Shown here one piece after another: positions 59,603 to 64,000 of a DNA stretch of 64,000 bases (position 1 is its first letter; each line of letters begins with the position of its first letter). This DNA comes from Bryobacterales bacterium (GTDB lineage: Bacteria > Acidobacteriota > Terriglobia > Bryobacterales > UBA6623), in assembly GCA_963422375.2 (NCBI GenBank), contig CAXXKD010000001.1:430769-494768 (forward strand), in the 5' to 3' direction. Below the pieces are notes generated by a model, which had not been told where the DNA came from, did no database searches, and saw only the letters and a list, made by a program, of their open reading frames with translations. A program made the translations under genes and the position numbers.

Positions 59603-59922
59603 AGCCGTACCGCCTGGACCGGCGCGTCGTCCTGCTGGAGCCGCGCCCGGAGCGGGATCCCGCCACCGGCGAGACAGTCGCGGGCGAGCCCGCCGAGCAT
59701 CCCTGCTGGGCGGCCCGGCGGGACCTCGGCGGGCGCGAGAGGCTGCGGGACGGGGTGGAGTTCGGCGAGGAGCGCGCCCGCTTCGTGATCCGCTGGCGGG
59801 ACGGGGTGCGGCCCCACTGGCGGCTGCGCGACGAGCGCGGCGCCGAGCACGCCATCGAGGGGCTGGCCGAGATCGGCCGCCGCCGCTACCTGGAGATCCT
59901 GGCCGCGAGGGCGGGGAGATGA
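59599..59922 (+). CDS. Head closure/head-tail adaptor (SPP1 gp16-like)
   Basis: LDRRVVL, WA....GGRE, FVIRWR, IEG..E.GRRRYLEI. Confidence 0.85.
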   Translation: MKPYRLDRRVVLLEPRPERDPATGETVAGEPAEHPCWAARRDLGGRERLRDGVEFGEERARFVIRWRDGVRPHWRLRDERGAEHAIEGLAEIGRRRYLEILAARAGR

Positions 59923-60290
59923 GCCGCGCGGGCGAGCCGCCCGAGGAGCACGTGGTGCGCATGGCGCGGGAGGCGGGCCTGGGATGCTACCCGGTCGTCG
60001 TGCCGGAGTCCGCCGGGATCCCGGATCCGGCGGTCGCGGCGTGCGTGTACGCGGCGACGGGCGGGACGCTCTCGCCCTCGCCGGCCTTCCGGGCCGGGGC
60101 GCGGCTGACGCGGTCGATCCGCGTGACGGCGCTGGCCGCGCGCTGGAAGGACGCCCGGGACGCGGCCGACCGCTTCGTCGGCCGGCTGCGGCAGGGCGGC
60201 CGCATGATCGCCTGCGCGGGCCCGGTCGACGGGTACGACCCGGACCTGGAACTCTACCAGCGGTCGGTGACGGCGGAGATCGCCCTGTGA
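59919..60290 (+). CDS. Putative tail terminator/completion protein
   Basis: YPVVVPE, IRVTALA, DGYDPDLELYQRSV; size and position. Confidence 0.6.
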   Translation: MSRAGEPPEEHVVRMAREAGLGCYPVVVPESAGIPDPAVAACVYAATGGTLSPSPAFRAGARLTRSIRVTALAARWKDARDAADRFVGRLRQGGRMIACAGPVDGYDPDLELYQRSVTAEIAL

Positions 60291-60772
60291 CGGCCGCCGA
60301 CGTGGACCTGTCGGGCGCCGCGGCCATGATCCGGGAGCTCGAGTCGCTGCCCGGCGTCCTGGCCGAGGTCGCGATCGGGGACGGCCTGGCCGCGGCGGCG
60401 GAGGAGATCCGGCGCGCCGCGCGGCGCTCGGACGCCTTCGAGGACCGTACCGGCGGCCTGCGCCTGTCGCTCGCGGCCAGGCGCGGCAGGCGCAGGTACA
60501 GGCCGTCGGCCCTGGTGCTCACCCGGGGGCCCGCGGGGGCGCACGGGCACCTGGTGGAGTTCGGCACGGGGCCGCGCGTCGTCCGCAAGACCGGCCGGAG
60601 CGCGGGCCGCATGCCGGCCCGGCCGTTCCTGGCGCCGGCCGCGCGAGCGGCGGGCGACGCCCCGCTCCGGGCGTTCGCCGCCGGCTTGCGCGAGAACTTC
60701 CGGCGGGTGGAGCGAGAGATGAAGGGCGAGCGCAAGGCCGGCGCGAAGACGCGCCGGGCCCTGGCCGCCTAG
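60287..60772 (+). CDS. HK97 gp10-family tail component
   Basis: DRTGGLRLS, HLVEFGT, MPARPFLAPA. Confidence 0.88.
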   Translation: MTAADVDLSGAAAMIRELESLPGVLAEVAIGDGLAAAAEEIRRAARRSDAFEDRTGGLRLSLAARRGRRRYRPSALVLTRGPAGAHGHLVEFGTGPRVVRKTGRSAGRMPARPFLAPAARAAGDAPLRAFAAGLRENFRRVEREMKGERKAGAKTRRALAA

Positions 60773-60802
60773 GGAGAGGGACGGAGACGAAAGGTTACAC
60801 CC

Positions 60803-61456
60803 ATGGGACTCACGGTACACGGCAGCGAGTTCGCCAAGCTCGAGGTCGAGCTGGGCGGGAAATTCGCCGAGGTGCCCGGCGTGACGGGCTACAGCGAGAG
60901 CGGGGGCGAGGCCCCCGACAGGGAGATCGTGTCCTTCGGGACCGTGGCCAAGCGCACCGGCCTGGCGCGGGTGCCGACGGTCGAGGTGCAGGCCGTCTAC
61001 CAGCCGGCGCACCCGGTCTGGAAGGGCCTGCGCAAGGCCATGCTCGACGGCACGGCGCTGCGCTTCCAGCTCGAGACCCGGGGGGAGACGGTCTACGAGA
61101 TCGACAAGGACGGGCACACGGCGGCGATCGCCGCCAAAAGCGGGGCGGTGACCTTGGTCGGCGACGAGAAGCCCGACCTGTCCGAGCCGCGGTTCGGCGA
61201 GGGGATGGTACTGCAGATCGGCAGCGCCAAGCGGGTCATCCGGTCGATCTCCGCCGACGGCGCGGCCGCGGTCGAGGGGACCGACGCCGTCGGCGCGGCC
61301 AAGGACTACAAGATCCTCCTGCCGTCCCTGCGGCGGGGGCCGTTCCCCGCCACGGTGCGGTCGGCGGGCAACGTCAGCCTGGAGTCCGAGGGCGACCTCA
61401 CGACCACGCTGTCCCTGTCGCCGCGGGCGCCGCTGCCCGAGTGGGTGATCGCGTGA
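60803..61456 (+). CDS. Major tail tube protein
   Basis: Position before the chaperone and TMP; beta-rich; EVPGVTGYSESGGEA. Confidence 0.72.
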   Translation: MGLTVHGSEFAKLEVELGGKFAEVPGVTGYSESGGEAPDREIVSFGTVAKRTGLARVPTVEVQAVYQPAHPVWKGLRKAMLDGTALRFQLETRGETVYEIDKDGHTAAIAAKSGAVTLVGDEKPDLSEPRFGEGMVLQIGSAKRVIRSISADGAAAVEGTDAVGAAKDYKILLPSLRRGPFPATVRSAGNVSLESEGDLTTTLSLSPRAPLPEWVIA

Positions 61457-61866
61457 CGGCGCGGGCCGCGGCGAGAAGGCCGGCCGACGCCGCCGGCATC
61501 CGGGCCCTGCTGGGGGCGCCGGTCGAGGTCGAGGCCGAGGGGCTCGCGCTGGAATTGCGCCAGCCGGCCGCGTCGGCGGCTCTCGCGCTGCGCGAGAGCC
61601 TGTTCGAGCGCGCGCGCGCGGGGGACCCGGGCGGCGGGTACCTGCTGGACGCGTCCGCCGAGGCCGCCCGGGCCTGCCTGGGGCTGGACCTGGACGAGGA
61701 GGAGGGCAGGCGCCTGGTGATCCGCTGCGGCGGCGAGTCCGGGCGGCTGGCCCGGGAGTCGCTGAAGCTGTGCGGACTGGCCGCGCTGCTGCCCGCGGAG
61801 CCGGAGCCCTCGGAGCCGGGCCCGGACGCGGAGGGCGAGGGCTCCGACCCGACCCCTTTTTCGTAG
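61453..61866 (+). CDS. Tail assembly chaperone (gpG-like)
   Basis: Between MTP and TMP; ends in slippery C CCT TTT (61854-61860). Confidence 0.78.
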   Translation: MTARAAARRPADAAGIRALLGAPVEVEAEGLALELRQPAASAALALRESLFERARAGDPGGGYLLDASAEAARACLGLDLDEEEGRRLVIRCGGESGRLARESLKLCGLAALLPAEPEPSEPGPDAEGEGSDPTPFS

Positions 61867-62174
61867 CCCGGGCCGTGGGGCTGCCGCTGCGCGAGGCCCT
61901 GGCCATGCCGTACTCGGAATACCGGGCCTGGGAACGCCACTTCCGGCGCTGGCCGCCCCTGGAGGCGGTCGCGCCGCGCCTGCTGGCGACCCTGGCCGCC
62001 CTGGTGAGTAACGCGGGATTCAAGGTGGACCGCCCGTTGCGTCCGGACGACTACGCGCCCTGGCTGACGAGCGAGAGCGCGCGGCGCCGCGCGCGGCAGG
62101 CCGCGGCGGCCGCGCGAGTCGGGGAAGCGTACCGCAGGAGCGGCGGGAACGGCAAGAGCGGCAGGCATGGCTGA
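61854..62174 (+). CDS. Tail assembly chaperone -1 frameshift extension (gpT-like)
   Basis: -1 frame reads PFFVARAVGLPLREALAMPYSEYRAW, a typical gpT segment with no obvious start of its own. Confidence 0.78.
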   Translation, partial: PFFVARAVGLPLREALAMPYSEYRAWERHFRRWPPLEAVAPRLLATLAALVSNAGFKVDRPLRPDDYAPWLTSESARRRARQAAAAARVGEAYRRSGGNGKSGRHG

Positions 62175-64000
62175 AGCGATCCGCGCGGGCGGCGTCCTGC
62201 TGAGCATCCGCGCCGACGTCGCCCAGTTCTCGGGGTCGATGCGCCGGATGGGCAACGACATCCGGCGCCAGGAACGGGCCATGCGCGGCCTGCGCCGGAC
62301 GGTGCAGCGCGCGGCGCGGCAGATGCAGTCGTTCCGCCGGAAGGTGATCTCGGTGCAGGCCGCGGTCGGCGTGGTTTCCGGAGCCGCCGGGCTGGGACTG
62401 ATGATCCGGCGCTCGGCCGAGCTCGGCTCGACGCTGGTCGAGACGAGCCAGCGCCTGGGGCTGACGGTCCGCGACCTGCAGGCCCTGCAGCGCGCCTTCG
62501 AGAGCGAGGGCGTGTCCGTGCAGGCCGTCAACACCGGCCTGCAGCGCTTCACGCGGCGGCTGGCGGACGCGGCGAACGGGCAGGGCCAGCTGCAGGAGGC
62601 CTTCCGGGCCCTGGAAGCGCCGCTGCGGGACGCGAACGGCCGGCTGCGCGATTCCCACGACGTGCTGCTCGACGTCGCGGAGGGCTTCAAGAACACGGGC
62701 GACCAGCAGGAGCGCGTGCGCCTGGCCCAGAAGCTGTTCGACAGCGAGGGCGTGGCCTTCGTCAACGTCCTGCAGCGGGGCCGGGAGGGGCTGCTCGAGC
62801 TGGAGAAGGGCTTCGAGCGGCTGGGCTTCGTCGAATCCCGGGAGGCGGCGCGGCTCAAGGCTCTCGGACAGAGCTTCGCGGACCTCGACCACGCCGTGCG
62901 CGCGGGCGCGGCCCGGGCCGTGGCCGCGGCGGCCGTCGACCTGGCCTCCCTCAACGAGCGGGCCGGGGAGCTCGCGGCGACCCTCGCCGGGCGCGCGATC
63001 GCGGCCGTGGCGCACCTCGCGCGGAACCTGGACGCCGCCAAGCAAGCCGCGATCGCCTTCGGCCTGGCTCTCGGCGCCATGAAGATCGGCGCGTGGGTCG
63101 GCACCGTCCGGGCGGCGATCGCGGCCTCCGCGGGCCTCGCCGCCGCGTTGCGCGGCCTGAATATCGCCGTCGCCGCGTTCGGGGGGCCGGCGGGCTGGAT
63201 CGTCGCGGCCGTCGGAGCGCTGGGCTACTACTTCCTGTCCGCCAAGGACTCCCGGAACGAGACCGACGAGCTCGTCGCGTCGATCCGCGAGGCGGAGATC
63301 GTGCTCGCGGGAATGGACGCCTCGGCGCGGAAGCTCGGGCTCGAGAGAGAGCTCGAGAAGGCCGCCGAGCACGCCGCCGAGCTCGCCCGCGAGATCGCGG
63401 CTTCGCTGCAGAAGCACGACGAGCTCATGGAGGCCATGAAAGCGGGAGCGCGAGGGACCGTGTATTTCGTGGGCCGGGAGGGCAGGATACGCGCAGGCCT
63501 CGAGGCGGATGCCGCGCGGACGGCAGAGGAAATCGAGCGGCTGCAAGCCGAGCTCGCCGCAGCGAACGGGGAGACCCGGAACGCTCGCGGCGGCGGCGGC
63601 GATGAGATCCTGCCGCGCGTCCCGCACGTCCCGGAGGACTACTTCGCGCGGTACGCGGACGCCGCCGAGCGGAGAATCCGGCTTGCCAGGCAGGAGCTCG
63701 CACTGGTCGGCAAGACCGGGGAGGATCTCCTGCAGCTGCAGGCGCGGCACGCGGTCGTCAACCGGCTGCTCGACGAGCGGGCGCAGCTGGAGCGGAGGCG
63801 CGAGAGGGCGGCGGCCGAGTTCCGGGCGGCGGCCGAGGCGGGCGACCAGCGGGCGCTCGCGGCGGAGCGGGAGAAGATCGCGGAACTCGATCGCGAGATC
63901 GCGGCGATCGCCAAGGCCGAGGAGGGCAAGGAATCGCTCGTGGCCCTGGAGGGCTCGCGACGCGGCCAAGGAGCACGCCGCGGCCAACGAGCGCGCGACG
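62167..64000 (+). CDS. Tape measure protein (partial, runs off the window)
   Basis: MAEAIRAGGVLLSIRADVAQF, long Ala-rich helical frame with no stop seen; absent from the ORF track because it has no stop. Confidence 0.88.
   Translation, partial: MAEAIRAGGVLLSIRADVAQFSGSMRRMGNDIRRQERAMRGLRRTVQRAARQMQSFRRKVISVQAAVGVVSGAAGLGLMIRRSAELGSTLVETSQRLGLTVRDLQALQRAFESEGVSVQAVNTGLQRFTRRLADAANGQGQLQEAFRALEAPLRDANGRLRDSHDVLLDVAEGFKNTGDQQERVRLAQKLFDSEGVAFVNVLQRGREGLLELEKGFERLGFVESREAARLKALGQSFADLDHAVRAGAARAVAAAAVDLASLNERAGELAATLAGRAIAAVAHLARNLDAAKQAAIAFGLALGAMKIGAWVGTVRAAIAASAGLAAALRGLNIAVAAFGGPAGWIVAAVGALGYYFLSAKDSRNETDELVASIREAEIVLAGMDASARKLGLERELEKAAEHAAELAREIAASLQKHDELMEAMKAGARGTVYFVGREGRIRAGLEADAARTAEEIERLQAELAAANGETRNARGGGGDEILPRVPHVPEDYFARYADAAERRIRLARQELALVGKTGEDLLQLQARHAVVNRLLDERAQLERRRERAAAEFRAAAEAGDQRALAAEREKIAELDREIAAIAKAEEGKESLVALEGSRRGQGARRGQRARD

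Larger units (their letters stand above)
48967..64000 (+). mobile_element. HK97-like siphovirus prophage (left end, packaging, head, lysis and tail modules; continues past the window)
   Basis: Co-oriented HNH-TerS-TerL-portal-protease-capsid-neck-tail genes; host gene truncated at the left boundary. Confidence 0.9.

Noticed and set aside
1..64000. tRNA, rRNA or stop-codon reassignment
   Set aside because: No cloverleaf or rRNA motifs recognised by eye; in-frame TAGs occur only in otherwise degraded genes, and TAG ends many normal genes
48967..64000. Capsid-forming PICI/satellite or confirmed gene transfer agent
   Set aside because: A full tail and lysis module argues against a satellite; GTA status cannot be supported without the far end, and the att-like junction favours a prophage

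Overview
High-GC bacterial chromosomal window. Gene content (CRTAC1-like gene, BshC, DUF58/Bat genes, two-subunit-III cox operon, Rrf2-cysK-lipA-lnt-prfB) suggests Acidobacteriota, Bryobacterales-like; this is inference, not tested. The window has three zones. (1) ~1.2-10.4 kb is a nested graveyard of insertion sequences (ISNCY-like ends and a MITE, three IS1595-family copies, a DUF4338-IS4 remnant, an IS110 3' fragment). It encloses one intact cargo gene, a Csx1/TM1812-like CARF(DxTHG)-HEPN protein with an extra C-terminal CARF-like domain, with no cas10 or CRISPR array in view. (2) ~10.8-48.9 kb is mostly housekeeping and metabolic genes. It is interrupted after prfB by a lower-GC, translationally coupled two-gene cassette (small putative RNase toxin plus an IrrE/ImmA-like protein lacking HExxH), the best candidate for an uncharacterised TA or anti-phage system. 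(3) From ~48.97 kb to the window end is an HK97-like siphovirus prophage that truncates an acyl-CoA synthetase gene. It has an att-like junction, a structured and repeat-rich non-coding leader, head genes, a seven-gene lysis/membrane cassette inserted among the neck genes, and tail genes with a -1 frameshift chaperone. Host genes also appear to carry a CCWGG-deamination footprint that is much weaker in the prophage. All calls come from reading motifs by eye; no database searches were run.
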